This document shows positions 46,738 to 56,780 of a DNA stretch of 64,000 bases, piece after piece. The notes under the pieces are model-generated. The model was given only the letters and a program-made list of their open reading frames with translations. It was not told the origin of the DNA and did not search any database. The stretch covers positions 15,013 through 79,012 of the forward strand of contig CAZVZX010000013.1 of NCBI GenBank assembly GCA_964631235.1, written 5' to 3'. This DNA comes from an uncultured Planctomycetaceae bacterium (GTDB lineage: Bacteria; Planctomycetota; Planctomycetia; Pirellulales; Thermoguttaceae). Position 1 is the stretch's first letter; each line of letters begins with the position of its first letter. Both the position numbers and the translations under genes were made by a program.

Positions 46738-48039
46738 ATGCGAATCGTTCGGTCACCGGTTTTGGGCGAGCCGCGGTATGATTCACCCCTTTGCGCCGAA
46801 ACGAAACGCGGCAGGGCGGCTGCGAACTTCGTCGGCGAAGGCCATTTCGTCCGCGCACAGGTTGACCACCATCTCGACCGTCCGGCCGAAGAGGAACTTC
46901 TTTTCGAGAAGGCCGGTGCTCGGCAGCGGATCTTCTTCGATCCGGCGCAGACTCGGGCGGCGATCGTTACCTGCGGCGGGCTGTCGCCGGGGTTGAACAA
47001 CGTGATCCGCTCGGTCTTTCTCGAACTGACGATGAACTACGGCGTGCCTGAGGTGCTCGGCATCCGTTACGGATACCAGGGGCTGAACCCAAAGCAAGGG
47101 CGCGAGCCGTTGCGGCTGACGCTTTCGATGGTCGAGGGCATTCATCAACTGGGCGGCACGATTTTGGGAACGTCGCGCGGTTCGCAAGACCCGGCCGTCA
47201 TGGCCGACTTCCTCGCAGACCGGCGGATCGATATCCTCTTTACGGTTGGCGGCGACGGCACGCAACGCGGCGCACATGCGTTGTACGAAGAGATCACGCG
47301 CCGCGGGCTGCCGATCGCCATCGTAGGGATTCCGAAAACGATCGACAACGACATCGCGTTTTGCGACCGCACGTTCGGGTTCACCACGGCCGTGGAAGAA
47401 GCGGAACGAGTGATCGCCGGTGCCCATGTCGAGGCCAAGGGGCCGCGGTACGGAATCGGGCTGGTCAAAGTGATGGGGCGCGAGGCCGGGTTTATCGCCG
47501 CGGCCGCAACGCTGGCCAGCCAAGAGGTCAATTTCACCTTGATCCCCGAAGTCCCGCTGCGGCTCGACGGTCCGAAGGGATTCTTGGCAACGCTTCGACG
47601 GCGGATGCTCGAACGCGAACATGCCGTGATCGTCGTCGCCGAAGGAGTCGGGGCGGCAATGGTCGATCGGCAGACCGCCCAACGCGATGCGTCGGGCAAT
47701 TTGAAATTTCCGGATATCGGCCCGGTGCTCAAAGAAGCGATTCTGAAATACTTCGCCGAGAATGGTCCTTCGGTGGACGTGAAATACATCGACCCCAGCT
47801 ACGTTATTCGCAGCGTGCCGGCCAATTGCGAAGACGACATCCTCTGCGATCAGTTCGGCCGCCGAGCGGTTCATGCCGCGATGGCGGGCAAAACCGGCGT
47901 GCTGCTCGGGCACCTCAGCGGCACCTTCGTGCATGTGCCGATTGCGATGTCGGTGGGCCAGAAACGGCGGGTTAACGTCGAAGGCGAGCTTTGGAACGCC
48001 GTGCTTTCGGCTACCGGCCAGCCGAGATCGTTCGAGTAG
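46738..48039 (+). CDS. pfk: 6-phosphofructokinase (phosphoryl donor ambiguous)
   Basis: ATG 46738 with SD GAGGAG. TCGGLSPGLNNVIR, GGDGTQRGA, PKTIDNDI and MGREAGF. 433 aa. The track ORF start at 46150 is an upstream extension. Confidence 0.85.
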   Translation: MRIVRSPVLGEPRYDSPLCAETKRGRAAANFVGEGHFVRAQVDHHLDRPAEEELLFEKAGARQRIFFDPAQTRAAIVTCGGLSPGLNNVIRSVFLELTMNYGVPEVLGIRYGYQGLNPKQGREPLRLTLSMVEGIHQLGGTILGTSRGSQDPAVMADFLADRRIDILFTVGGDGTQRGAHALYEEITRRGLPIAIVGIPKTIDNDIAFCDRTFGFTTAVEEAERVIAGAHVEAKGPRYGIGLVKVMGREAGFIAAAATLASQEVNFTLIPEVPLRLDGPKGFLATLRRRMLEREHAVIVVAEGVGAAMVDRQTAQRDASGNLKFPDIGPVLKEAILKYFAENGPSVDVKYIDPSYVIRSVPANCEDDILCDQFGRRAVHAAMAGKTGVLLGHLSGTFVHVPIAMSVGQKRRVNVEGELWNAVLSATGQPRSFE

Positions 48040-48300
48040 TCTGCCGGAGGCATTCAAGCTTTTCGAACGGCCTTTGATGCCGCTTGATGAGGGCGATCGG
48101 AGACGGCAGCGGCCGACCGACGGCCGAGGGCGCGCCGACTGCTCTTTCTCGATGCCGGGGGCGATGGGCGGCGATTTGATCAGCGGCGGTCGCCGGCAAG
48201 CCGGCGAGGGCAAGAAAAAGGGCACGGCCCCGGAGGGAATCGAGTCGACTCCGACCGAGGCCGTGCAATCTGCGCGTCGTTCCGCCGTTGGCCGTGCGGC

Positions 48301-51300
48301 TTATTCCACCTGAAGCACGATGCTCTCCGAGTGGCTGTTGAACTCGGGGGCGTACATGCACTGGATGGCCGCGAAGCCCGTCTGATACTTGCCCTTGTGT
48401 ACCACGCGGACGGCGTACTCGAACACGTAGGTTCCCTTGGGCAGGTAATCGATGAAGAAGTGCGAGGCGGTGTCGCGGGTCGATTCGTAGTAGCCCAAGC
48501 CGTCTTGGTACTTGTACCGCGACAACACATTGACCGGTTCGGTGCCGCTGCCGCGATAGTCCTTCAGGTGGACGTACTCCATGTCGCGATCGGTTCGCAG
48601 CACAAGCCGCACCACGATCTCATCGCCCACTTTGACCGCCCCGGCAATCGGCTTGAGCACCGGGCCCGTCTTGGCGTACTCGCGGACGAAGAGATTCTTG
48701 GTGATCTTCAGCGGCGTTCCCTCGAACGCAGTTACCTTGCTCATGTCTTCCAGGTACTGCCAATGCACGCTGCCCCACGCCACGCCGGGATCGGTCTTCT
48801 TGACCGTAACCTCGGCCATCTTCGGGGTGATTTCGCCGCGGACGAACCGCTGTTCGTAGAAGCCGGTGCCGGCCTCGACCTTTTCGGGCTTGATCGCGCG
48901 GCCGCCAAGGGCCACCTCGACCAGCGCGTCGGCCGCCAGCAGGTTTTCTCCGCGAAGCAGCAAAGCGTAAATCGCATCAGCCGTGGCTTTGGTAGTCTTC
49001 CAATCCTGGGTTTGCTTCTGTTTGAGCAGCCACACCTTGCAGTCTTCGACGGCCTGGGCGTCGTTCATCACTTCGTCGAAGGCCTCGATCATCATCGCTT
49101 GGGTTTCGATCGGGGCGCGATACCACCACCACGACAGCTCCAGATCGCGCCAGAACATGCCCATTTCTTCGTTGCTCACCGAGCGTTCCTTGATCGACCG
49201 CATGATGTCGCGGGCGGTTTCGATGTCGCCGAACCGCTTCAGCGCCACCGCCAGATGGCCCTGCGATTGGCGAACGTCGAGCTTCAACCAATGGGCTTTC
49301 GCTTGCCCGAGGAAGTAATCGACCGCCTCGCGGTGTTCGGCCGCGATGGGCTTGTCTTCCAAGAAGAAACTCCGTCCGTAGAGATACAGGGCGATCGTCG
49401 TAGAGAGGTTGTTCTTGTCCTTGTGCCCATGACGGAGGATATCGCGGTAGATGCGGTCGATCCACCCGTCGAGCCGGGCAAGCGACTTGATCGCAGCGGC
49501 GGCATCGAGCTTGACGCCCAAGTGGCGGAGCCGCCCGAAGCCCGTGGTGATATACAACGTGATATAATCGTTGCCCGGGCCGCCGGGGAACCAGGGCCAC
49601 GCGCCGTCTTCGTGTTGCATCTCGGCCAATTTGGCCAGCAGGCGCGCGGTCTCGTCGTTCAGACGATTGTCGTCGAACAAGATGCCCACGTTGCGGCGGG
49701 CCTGGCTTTCGGCCTGAGCTTGGCGGAGCCAAGGAGTCTCTTCGAGCATCACTGCCTTGAGGTCTTGGTTTTTCTCCAGCGGGCTATCCAGCGCCGGCGT
49801 ATCGCGCCATTGATCGAACACCCGTCGGATGCGGGGACTCGACAGGGCGATATGCCGCGCCAGCGAGTTCGCGTAGAGGCGATTGAATACCTGCTCGCTG
49901 CATTCGTAAGGATATTCCATCAGGTATGGCAGCGCCATGACGGCGTACCAGGAGGGATTCGACACCATTTGCACGGTGAGCGTTTGGTGCTGTAGGGTGT
50001 CGGACTTGCCCGAATCGGCCAGCCGTGAGAAGGTGAACTTCTTGGTTTGCGGGCCGCGAATCGGCAGCGGCAGCGATTCGGTGACCAACACGCGGCGCGA
50101 CAACACCGGCAGCATCGCCTGTTCGCCGTCGCTCAGTCGGTCGGAAGCCGCAACCGCTTTATAGGCCACCGGCCCCATGCCGTCGGGAACGGTGATTTGC
50201 CAGGTGAACGAGGCCGATTCCTTCGATGCGATGTCGAAGGCCTGATCGACCGCCGAATTGCCCAGGGCCGCATCGAGCGGTTTCTCGGTTACGGGGTCGA
50301 AGAAGGTCAAACGTACCTTGCCGGCGAGCCGGCCGGCCGATTGGTTCGACACCTTGACGCTGAACGCCAGCACGTCGCCCTCGCGGAGGAACCGCGGCGG
50401 GTTCGGTTGGCACATCAAGTCCTTGGCCGTGATCACCTCGCCGCCGATCATGCCCGATCGGAGCTTCTCGTCGTGGGCAAAACCCATCAACTTCCACGTG
50501 GTGAGCGCCTCGGGCATGGTGAATTCCATGCGCACCGTGCCGTCTTCGCCCGAGACCAAATGCGGGAAGAAGAAGGCCGTTTCGTTCAAATTGGTGCGCG
50601 CGGCCACCTTGCTCAGGTCGGGTTCGCCGACAGAGCCGGGTTTGTCCGTGTCTCCGATGGCGGCCTTGCGAAGTGCTCGTCTGTCCGCGCTGGCATTCTT
50701 CATCTCGTGTTTCGCGGCTTCTCTTTCCGCCCCTTCCATGGGCGCGCCGCCCGACTGCATTTCAGCCAGGGGTGCCGCGGCTGCCGGCATGGCGGCGCCG
50801 TCCGCGGCCATGCCGCCCATTCCTCCGCCGCCTTTGAACATCAGCGCGCCGCGACGGCCGAATTGGTATCCCCACAAATTGGCTGTCAGCTCGGGCGGGA
50901 ACTGGCGATAGGAGATCGAGCCATCGCGGAATTCGCGGTGGAGCGAGTAGCCGATTTGATTCAGCCATTGGCTCGTGTTCTGAAATTGAGCATTCAGATT
51001 CGAATAATCGCTGCGGAACAGACCGCCGAAGCTCGGCCAGTTGTGCGGCAAGTAGGCGTCAAGCGATTTGTCGTACAACGTGGCGACCATTTCGGCGGCC
51101 GCCTTCTTCGCGTCGGGGCCTTTGATAATCGCCGTGAACGTTTCCTTCTGAGCCGGTTCGAGCTTCGAGACGAATCGTTCCCAAGCGATGCTCAACTGCT
51201 TGTTGCTCCAGGGAACGCTGACATAGTGGCTCGATACATAGCCGCGATTCTCGCGAACCATCGTCACACGGACCGTAAATCCGCCGCGCATCGCTTCATC

Positions 51301-54300
51301 GACTTTTTGGACGACCTTCTGCTGCGAAGCGCCCTGCTCGGTCCAAAACGCCTGAATCACCTTGCCGCGATGCTCGACTTCGATGAACGCGCGGGCCTTA
51401 TCGTAGCCGCTGCCCCAAAGGGCCATGAACTCCTCGCCCGGTTCCAACGCCCATTTCGGGGCCGCGACCAAATTGGGCAACTTGACCGGCAGTGTGCGGG
51501 CGTTCGGGTCGAGAACCAATAGCGGCAACACCGCCTTGATCGGCTTGTTATAGCGGTCTTGCGTTTCCAGCATGACGCGGTACGGCCCGGGCTTCAACGT
51601 CACTTTGACTACGGCTCGTCCGCTCGCGTCGGTCGTAAAGCCCTCTTCGGCCGCCAGGTTGCCCAACTCCCACGAGTTGATGTCGGCCGGGTCGGGCGGC
51701 GGCGGGGTTTTGGCCGGCTTGCGGCGGCCTTCGAACCGCGGCACGTGAACGCCCTGCGCCTTCGGCCGCTGTACCTTGGCAGGCTGCTTCAACGCATAAA
51801 CCTTGACCGCGCCCTCGGCCTTCTGGCCTTCACCGTCGTGCGTGGTTGTGAAGATTGTCACTTCGATTGGTTTGTCGGCGGTCAGCCATTGCGGGGCCGA
51901 CATCGAGGCCTTCAATGCCGTGTAGGCCACGTTGACGGTTCGGTCGCCGACCCGTGTTTCGCCGGTCGTGTCCGTCACCTCAGCCGTTACCGAGTATTGA
52001 AACACCGGTTCGTCTTTCTCCGAAACGCTCAAGTCGGGCTTGGCGACGAACTCGATTTTGAACGAGCCGTCCGATTCGGTTGTTGTGTTGCCGTGGGCGA
52101 TCTCTTGGCTGTTGCCGCCGCGGGGCATCCACCAGCAGAACCAGTACCACCAGTCGGGATAGCGAACCTCGCGGACAACTCGATAACGGACCTTCGCCCC
52201 GCCGATGGCCGCTCCGGTGTAGGCCGTCGCCTTGCCGGTGATTTGGACCGTTTCGTTGAGCTTGGCGGGCGTCTTCGGTGCGTCGAGTTCCACCTGGAAC
52301 TTGGGCCGCTTGTATTCTTCCACATTGAACCCTGTGCCGCCGGGCGGGCCGGATTCAACGCGGATTTGCATCCGCCCCATCAGCCGATCGCGCGGAGCGG
52401 TGAAGCTGCCGCTGAACGAACCGAATTGATTGGTGCGCTGCTTCTGTTTGGCTATTTCCTTGCCGTTCGGATCAGCGAAGACAATGGTCAGGTCGCGGTG
52501 GGCGACGGCCGAGTAATCGTCGCGCTCGTGATCAATCGCGACACAGATTCCCTTGTACTGGATTGTTTGGCCCGGGCGATACAGTGATCGATCGGTGAAG
52601 AAGATGGTTTGTTCGGCTCTCCGTTGCCGGCCGCCGCCTTGGTAGAGATAAAGGTCGTCTTCGTTGGCCAGCATTTGATTGCCGTGCGAGACGAGCACCA
52701 TCGCCGACCGCTGATGTTGACCTGCCGCCCGAAACAGACCGTTTTGATCGGTCTTTACCGATTGGCCGGCCGGTCCGTAGCCGCCCCTGCGGTTGTCGTT
52801 GATGAAGATCTGCACGTCGGCGCCGGCGATCGGCTCGCCCGAGTCGTTGTCGAGAACGAACCCTTCGATCGTCGCCTCGCCGCTGCGGGTGCGCAGCACC
52901 AATCCGAGCTTGCTTACCCAAACGGCGCGAAAGAGAATAATGTTGTCCTTCTGGGCGAAATCGGGCCGAATGCTAGCCACCAGGAAGTACCAGCCGGGCT
53001 TGATGTCTTGGGGCACGGCGACTTCTTCGCCGCGTTGCTGGAAGTCTTCGGTGGCCGGCAATTGGGCGGACCATTGCTTCACCGGAGCATCGGTGAGAGC
53101 CGCTTTCATCGAAGCCTCGTCGAGCCAACGCGCCCCGGCATCGTACTTGGTGATCCATGTCTTCCAGTCGCGGGCCACCAGGCGGAAATGGACCTCCTTG
53201 ATGTTGCGATAGCGCACGTCGAGTGTGGGCCAAGGGCTGTTCCACACGCGATCAGCCACCACGGCCAACTCGGGCTGCTCGATCTGCTGCACGAGGTTGA
53301 AACACAAGTTGCCGCCAGGAGTGCGCGGGAAAGCGTTGGCGCCTTGCTGGGCAATCCGCCGGGCTTCGACCCAGTCGCCCTCGCCGTGCAGAACCGACGC
53401 CCAATAGTGCCGCGCCAGCGCCGAAACCGGATGGTCGCCGTGCCGATCGACAAATCGCTTCAGCGCGGCCTTGTAGCGAGCGTCTTTCTCTTCGCCCACG
53501 GCCTTCGAGTGGGCGAAAGCCAGCCGACCCAGATCGGCATCGAGGAAGGCGTCGGGCGTCTTTTCGTCCTCGTGAAACTTCATCACCTTCTGATAAAGAC
53601 GCAAGGCCTTGACCGTCAGCGAGTTCTCGTCGGTGGTCTCGATTTTCCACTTAAGGAATTCGTCGGCCGGGGCGAATGCCGGACCGTCGGCCGACAGCTC
53701 GAAGGCGTCTTCCGCTTTCGAGCCGGCCTGCTCGCCCGAGGAATAGAATTGCAGGGCCTCGAAGGCGACGAAGTCGAACAACGTGGGCCGATATGAGTCG
53801 GGCATGTTGCCCTTGACGAGCAGCTCGTCGTATTGTGCAACCGGGATCTTCTTGAGTTCCTCCTCGGCTTCCAGGGCCTTGGTGAACTGCTTGTCGATCT
53901 CGGCCAAGATGCGCGGCAAGTCCCAGGTGTTGATGTCGCTGCCCGGCGATTGCGCCGTTGCCGTCCGCTGCACGAACCGCCAGCGGTTCTGCTGGAAGAA
54001 GTGCCAATACCAATGGGCCAACACGGCGGTCATCATCGGCCGCATTTCGGCCGGTGCTTTCTCGATTTCGGCTTCGAGCCGAACGATTTTTTCCTCGGGT
54101 TTGTTGCCCTCGATCGTGCCGATCAACGCCACCTTCTTGGCGATGGCCCGAATCGCTTCGGGATAGGCTTTGTCGCGAATGGCCCCGGCAATGATCGGAT
54201 CGAGATGCTCGATCGCCGTTTTCGGCAGTCCCTTCTCCACTGCTTGGTCCACCTTCTTCCATTGGTCTTCACGCGGTCCGGCGCCGATCGACGCTAAACA

Positions 54301-54351
54301 TACCACCGCGATCAATCCGACACATAACCACGGCAGATACGGCCGACTCAT
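48301..54351 (-). CDS. Alpha-2-macroglobulin-family protein (2016 aa)
   Basis: Signal peptide MSRPYLPWLCVGLIAVVCLASIGA. Long runs of MG-type beta domains. Thioester-region motif YPYECSEQVFNRLYAN. A C-terminal receptor-binding-like domain. Confidence 0.8.
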   Translation of the reverse strand: MSRPYLPWLCVGLIAVVCLASIGAGPREDQWKKVDQAVEKGLPKTAIEHLDPIIAGAIRDKAYPEAIRAIAKKVALIGTIEGNKPEEKIVRLEAEIEKAPAEMRPMMTAVLAHWYWHFFQQNRWRFVQRTATAQSPGSDINTWDLPRILAEIDKQFTKALEAEEELKKIPVAQYDELLVKGNMPDSYRPTLFDFVAFEALQFYSSGEQAGSKAEDAFELSADGPAFAPADEFLKWKIETTDENSLTVKALRLYQKVMKFHEDEKTPDAFLDADLGRLAFAHSKAVGEEKDARYKAALKRFVDRHGDHPVSALARHYWASVLHGEGDWVEARRIAQQGANAFPRTPGGNLCFNLVQQIEQPELAVVADRVWNSPWPTLDVRYRNIKEVHFRLVARDWKTWITKYDAGARWLDEASMKAALTDAPVKQWSAQLPATEDFQQRGEEVAVPQDIKPGWYFLVASIRPDFAQKDNIILFRAVWVSKLGLVLRTRSGEATIEGFVLDNDSGEPIAGADVQIFINDNRRGGYGPAGQSVKTDQNGLFRAAGQHQRSAMVLVSHGNQMLANEDDLYLYQGGGRQRRAEQTIFFTDRSLYRPGQTIQYKGICVAIDHERDDYSAVAHRDLTIVFADPNGKEIAKQKQRTNQFGSFSGSFTAPRDRLMGRMQIRVESGPPGGTGFNVEEYKRPKFQVELDAPKTPAKLNETVQITGKATAYTGAAIGGAKVRYRVVREVRYPDWWYWFCWWMPRGGNSQEIAHGNTTTESDGSFKIEFVAKPDLSVSEKDEPVFQYSVTAEVTDTTGETRVGDRTVNVAYTALKASMSAPQWLTADKPIEVTIFTTTHDGEGQKAEGAVKVYALKQPAKVQRPKAQGVHVPRFEGRRKPAKTPPPPDPADINSWELGNLAAEEGFTTDASGRAVVKVTLKPGPYRVMLETQDRYNKPIKAVLPLLVLDPNARTLPVKLPNLVAAPKWALEPGEEFMALWGSGYDKARAFIEVEHRGKVIQAFWTEQGASQQKVVQKVDEAMRGGFTVRVTMVRENRGYVSSHYVSVPWSNKQLSIAWERFVSKLEPAQKETFTAIIKGPDAKKAAAEMVATLYDKSLDAYLPHNWPSFGGLFRSDYSNLNAQFQNTSQWLNQIGYSLHREFRDGSISYRQFPPELTANLWGYQFGRRGALMFKGGGGMGGMAADGAAMPAAAAPLAEMQSGGAPMEGAEREAAKHEMKNASADRRALRKAAIGDTDKPGSVGEPDLSKVAARTNLNETAFFFPHLVSGEDGTVRMEFTMPEALTTWKLMGFAHDEKLRSGMIGGEVITAKDLMCQPNPPRFLREGDVLAFSVKVSNQSAGRLAGKVRLTFFDPVTEKPLDAALGNSAVDQAFDIASKESASFTWQITVPDGMGPVAYKAVAASDRLSDGEQAMLPVLSRRVLVTESLPLPIRGPQTKKFTFSRLADSGKSDTLQHQTLTVQMVSNPSWYAVMALPYLMEYPYECSEQVFNRLYANSLARHIALSSPRIRRVFDQWRDTPALDSPLEKNQDLKAVMLEETPWLRQAQAESQARRNVGILFDDNRLNDETARLLAKLAEMQHEDGAWPWFPGGPGNDYITLYITTGFGRLRHLGVKLDAAAAIKSLARLDGWIDRIYRDILRHGHKDKNNLSTTIALYLYGRSFFLEDKPIAAEHREAVDYFLGQAKAHWLKLDVRQSQGHLAVALKRFGDIETARDIMRSIKERSVSNEEMGMFWRDLELSWWWYRAPIETQAMMIEAFDEVMNDAQAVEDCKVWLLKQKQTQDWKTTKATADAIYALLLRGENLLAADALVEVALGGRAIKPEKVEAGTGFYEQRFVRGEITPKMAEVTVKKTDPGVAWGSVHWQYLEDMSKVTAFEGTPLKITKNLFVREYAKTGPVLKPIAGAVKVGDEIVVRLVLRTDRDMEYVHLKDYRGSGTEPVNVLSRYKYQDGLGYYESTRDTASHFFIDYLPKGTYVFEYAVRVVHKGKYQTGFAAIQCMYAPEFNSHSESIVLQVE

Positions 54352-54720
54352 AGGAGCAGTCCTTTCTTCGGTGAGAACTTCGGAAGAGTTCCTTTGTCAA
54401 TCGAGATGACGGATTCGTCGTCTGATTGATCGTGATCCTTCGCAACGATTATCGCCGAACCGCCCGAAGGCGCCGGTTCGGTATTTGCACGCGCCCGTGA
54501 AGATACACCAGCCTTCAAGAACAACAGTGCTTCAACGAGCCCAACTACCTGATCAGACGTTTCCGCCCGCTGGAAAGTTCCCGCAGGTTTGCGTTTGCTC
54601 TCAATAAATCTGCGACCGTTTACGCCGGCGGCCTTGGACGGAATGGCTTCTCTCGAAACGGTTTAGCTCGTTGCGCAAAAGCCCGTACCGCCACGTGCCG
54701 GAGTTGGCCTGCATGCACCG

Positions 54721-54749
54721 GCACGAAGCGTTACGCGCTCGCTTCGTGC
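54721..54749 (-). terminator. Hairpin downstream of ctaB
   Basis: GCACGAAGCG (54721-54730) / CGCTTCGTGC (54740-54749), a 10-bp perfect stem with a 9-nt loop. It lies 45 nt after the ctaB stop (54794). There is no U-tract. Confidence 0.35.
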
Positions 54750-54793
54750 GGCACGAAAGAAACGCCGCCTGAAGCGGTTGCGACATAAGTAGA

Positions 54794-55801
54794 TCATTGC
54801 CAATGCTTTGCGGCAATAGCCCATGCCAAGATTGCCGGCAAAAAGGCCAGCGACCATCGGAGCAGGGTTCGCGCCGTTCGGTCGGAGGGCTGTGCGGCGA
54901 AGCGGGCGGCAACGGCCAACCCGCTCAAGCCGAGCATCCCGGCGCCCGCGGCCCAACCAATGCCGTATTCGGCTGTCATCGCCAGTCCGAGCGGCAGCAG
55001 GGCAATGGCCCCAGCGCAGGCCCAGCGACCGGCCGACCGGCCGCTGGGATCGACCACGACGGCCAACCGCGTGCCCGCGGCCGCGAACTGCTCGCGATAG
55101 AGCCAAGCGATGGCCATCGAATGGGGAAACTGCCAGAAGAAAAGCAGCCCGAACAATGTCAGGGCCCGAAGGCTGAACATGGCGTCGGCGGCGGCCGCGC
55201 CCAGCAGCACTGGCAGCGCGCCGGCAGCTGCTCCGACCGGAGTTTGCCACGGCGACCGCGACTTGAGCGGCGTGTAGAGGCCGACATAGCCCACGGCGTT
55301 GATACCGGCCACCAAAGCGACCGCAACCCCGGCAAACCATGCCAGATAGCCGCAACCGGCCGCAATGGCAAGGGCCCCGGTCAAAGCGGCCTGACGACGG
55401 GAAACCCGGCCCACCGGCACGGGCCGGTGCGCGGTCCGCGGCATCATCGCATCGCTTCGGCTTTCCATTGCCTGATTCAACGCAACCGAGCCGGCCATCA
55501 CCCACAACGTGCCCCAAAGAATGTGAACAACGGCCGGCACCGATGGTTGTGCCTGGCCCGAAAGCCAGGCCGAGGCCGCCATGGCGACGACCACCAACCC
55601 GAGAATACGAGGTCGCAACAGGGCGACCCACGCGGCAATGGTCTCTCGCGTTTCGCTTGCGCCGGTGCGACTGCCCTCAGCCATCGGCGGCGATTGCTCG
55701 TGAGGCACGGCCATTTCCAGATTGGGGCCAACGCGGTTGGTTTGATGCCCAGACGGCGATCGTTCCGGTTGCGGCGCCGTTTTCACGGATGGTTCAGTCA
55801 T
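54794..55801 (-). CDS. ctaB: Protoheme IX farnesyltransferase (haem O synthase)
   Basis: UbiA-family multi-TM protein with NQAMESRSDAMMPRTAHRPVPVGRVS. Its start overlaps the ctaA stop by 8 nt (ATGACTGA). Confidence 0.85.
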   Translation of the reverse strand: MTEPSVKTAPQPERSPSGHQTNRVGPNLEMAVPHEQSPPMAEGSRTGASETRETIAAWVALLRPRILGLVVVAMAASAWLSGQAQPSVPAVVHILWGTLWVMAGSVALNQAMESRSDAMMPRTAHRPVPVGRVSRRQAALTGALAIAAGCGYLAWFAGVAVALVAGINAVGYVGLYTPLKSRSPWQTPVGAAAGALPVLLGAAAADAMFSLRALTLFGLLFFWQFPHSMAIAWLYREQFAAAGTRLAVVVDPSGRSAGRWACAGAIALLPLGLAMTAEYGIGWAAGAGMLGLSGLAVAARFAAQPSDRTARTLLRWSLAFLPAILAWAIAAKHWQ

Positions 55802-56780
55802 TTGCGATCTGGTCGCGGGCAGCGGCCATCCGGTGCGCCCAAAGCGTGATGCTCAGCGAAAGAACGAACAGCAGCGACCCGAAGGCCACGTGTGCCGTCG
55901 TGACTTGAACTTGCCAAAAGCCCTCGGCCGTTACCGCGTAGGACCAGGGAAACAGGTATTCTCGGAACCAGGCCGGCACTCCGTAGTTGACTAGCCACGT
56001 GGCGGCGCCCAGCACCAATTGGGCGATGATTCCCCAGAAGAGCCAGCGGCCGCGTCGGCTGAGACGCAAACTTTCGCTCGGCCGAAGCAGTCCGAAAGCC
56101 AAAAAGCCTGCCGCGCACGCCGCTGCCGTTGCCGAAATGATTTTCAGCCAGAGCCAAAGCGTGAACCAAGCCGGTGCTTCGCCGCCGACGTTGTGCCGCA
56201 ATTGCGTGCCCAGCACGATGTCGAGATAAAGCAGGGCGGTTACGGCCAAACCCCAACGCCGCACGCTTGCGGCGCCCGCCAAGTGCTCGACGGGCCCGCA
56301 ATGCCAGCGGCGCGAAGTGACGACCACGGTCGCTGCACAAAGTCCGAAGTAGGCCGCGGCGACGCATCCGTGAACCTTGGCCAGCAATCGCTCGTCCCAA
56401 AGCACCCGAAAGCCGCCGAGCGTGGCCTGCACTGCCACGCCGGCCAGAAGCGCGGCCGCAAGCAGCCACTTCCCACGGGATCGGTATTTCATCCCAAGGG
56501 CTGCCGCGGCGAGAACCGCCAAAAGGCCGACAAACTGTGCGTATGTTCGGTGGCCGTGTTCGAGAAACATGTCCCAGTGGCCGGCGATCCATTTCTGGAT
56601 CGGGTAGAACCAATGACCGTAGGTCGTCGGCCAGTCTTCGACCGACATGCCGGCCTCGTAAGTCGTCACCATTCCGCCGATCCACAGTAAGGGAAACACG
56701 GCGCAGGCGAGAATCCATGCCTGCACGTGCGGCCAAGGGGCATAGCGTTCATCGGGCGATAGATCGTTTGATCGGGCCAT
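55794..56780 (-). CDS. ctaA: Haem A synthase (COX15/CtaA family)
   Basis: 328 aa with about 8 TM segments and conserved His contexts (LEHGHRTYAQ, KVHGCVAA, QLRHN, TTAHVAFG). It lies directly upstream of ctaB. Confidence 0.8.
   Translation of the reverse strand: MARSNDLSPDERYAPWPHVQAWILACAVFPLLWIGGMVTTYEAGMSVEDWPTTYGHWFYPIQKWIAGHWDMFLEHGHRTYAQFVGLLAVLAAAALGMKYRSRGKWLLAAALLAGVAVQATLGGFRVLWDERLLAKVHGCVAAAYFGLCAATVVVTSRRWHCGPVEHLAGAASVRRWGLAVTALLYLDIVLGTQLRHNVGGEAPAWFTLWLWLKIISATAAACAAGFLAFGLLRPSESLRLSRRGRWLFWGIIAQLVLGAATWLVNYGVPAWFREYLFPWSYAVTAEGFWQVQVTTAHVAFGSLLFVLSLSITLWAHRMAAARDQIAND

Noticed and set aside
48215-48300. A further faint resemblance to the 70-nt element (GAAAAAGGGCACGGCCCCGGAGGGAA...GCGCGTCGTTCCGCCGTTGGCCGTGCGGCTTA) between the convergent pfk and A2M genes.
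   Set aside because: Only the GCGTCGTT core and a few flanking bases match, the 5' box is missing, and I cannot distinguish it from chance in GC-rich sequence.
46783-55849. Long ORFs opposite pfk (46783..48225 -), the alpha-2-macroglobulin gene (48331..49995, 50047..51522, 51559..52587, 52609..53796 +) and ctaB (54797..55849 +, 54663..55631 -).
   Set aside because: The reason is the same: stop-poor antisense or alternative frames of strongly supported genes, with low-complexity Arg/Gly/Pro-rich translations and no motifs.
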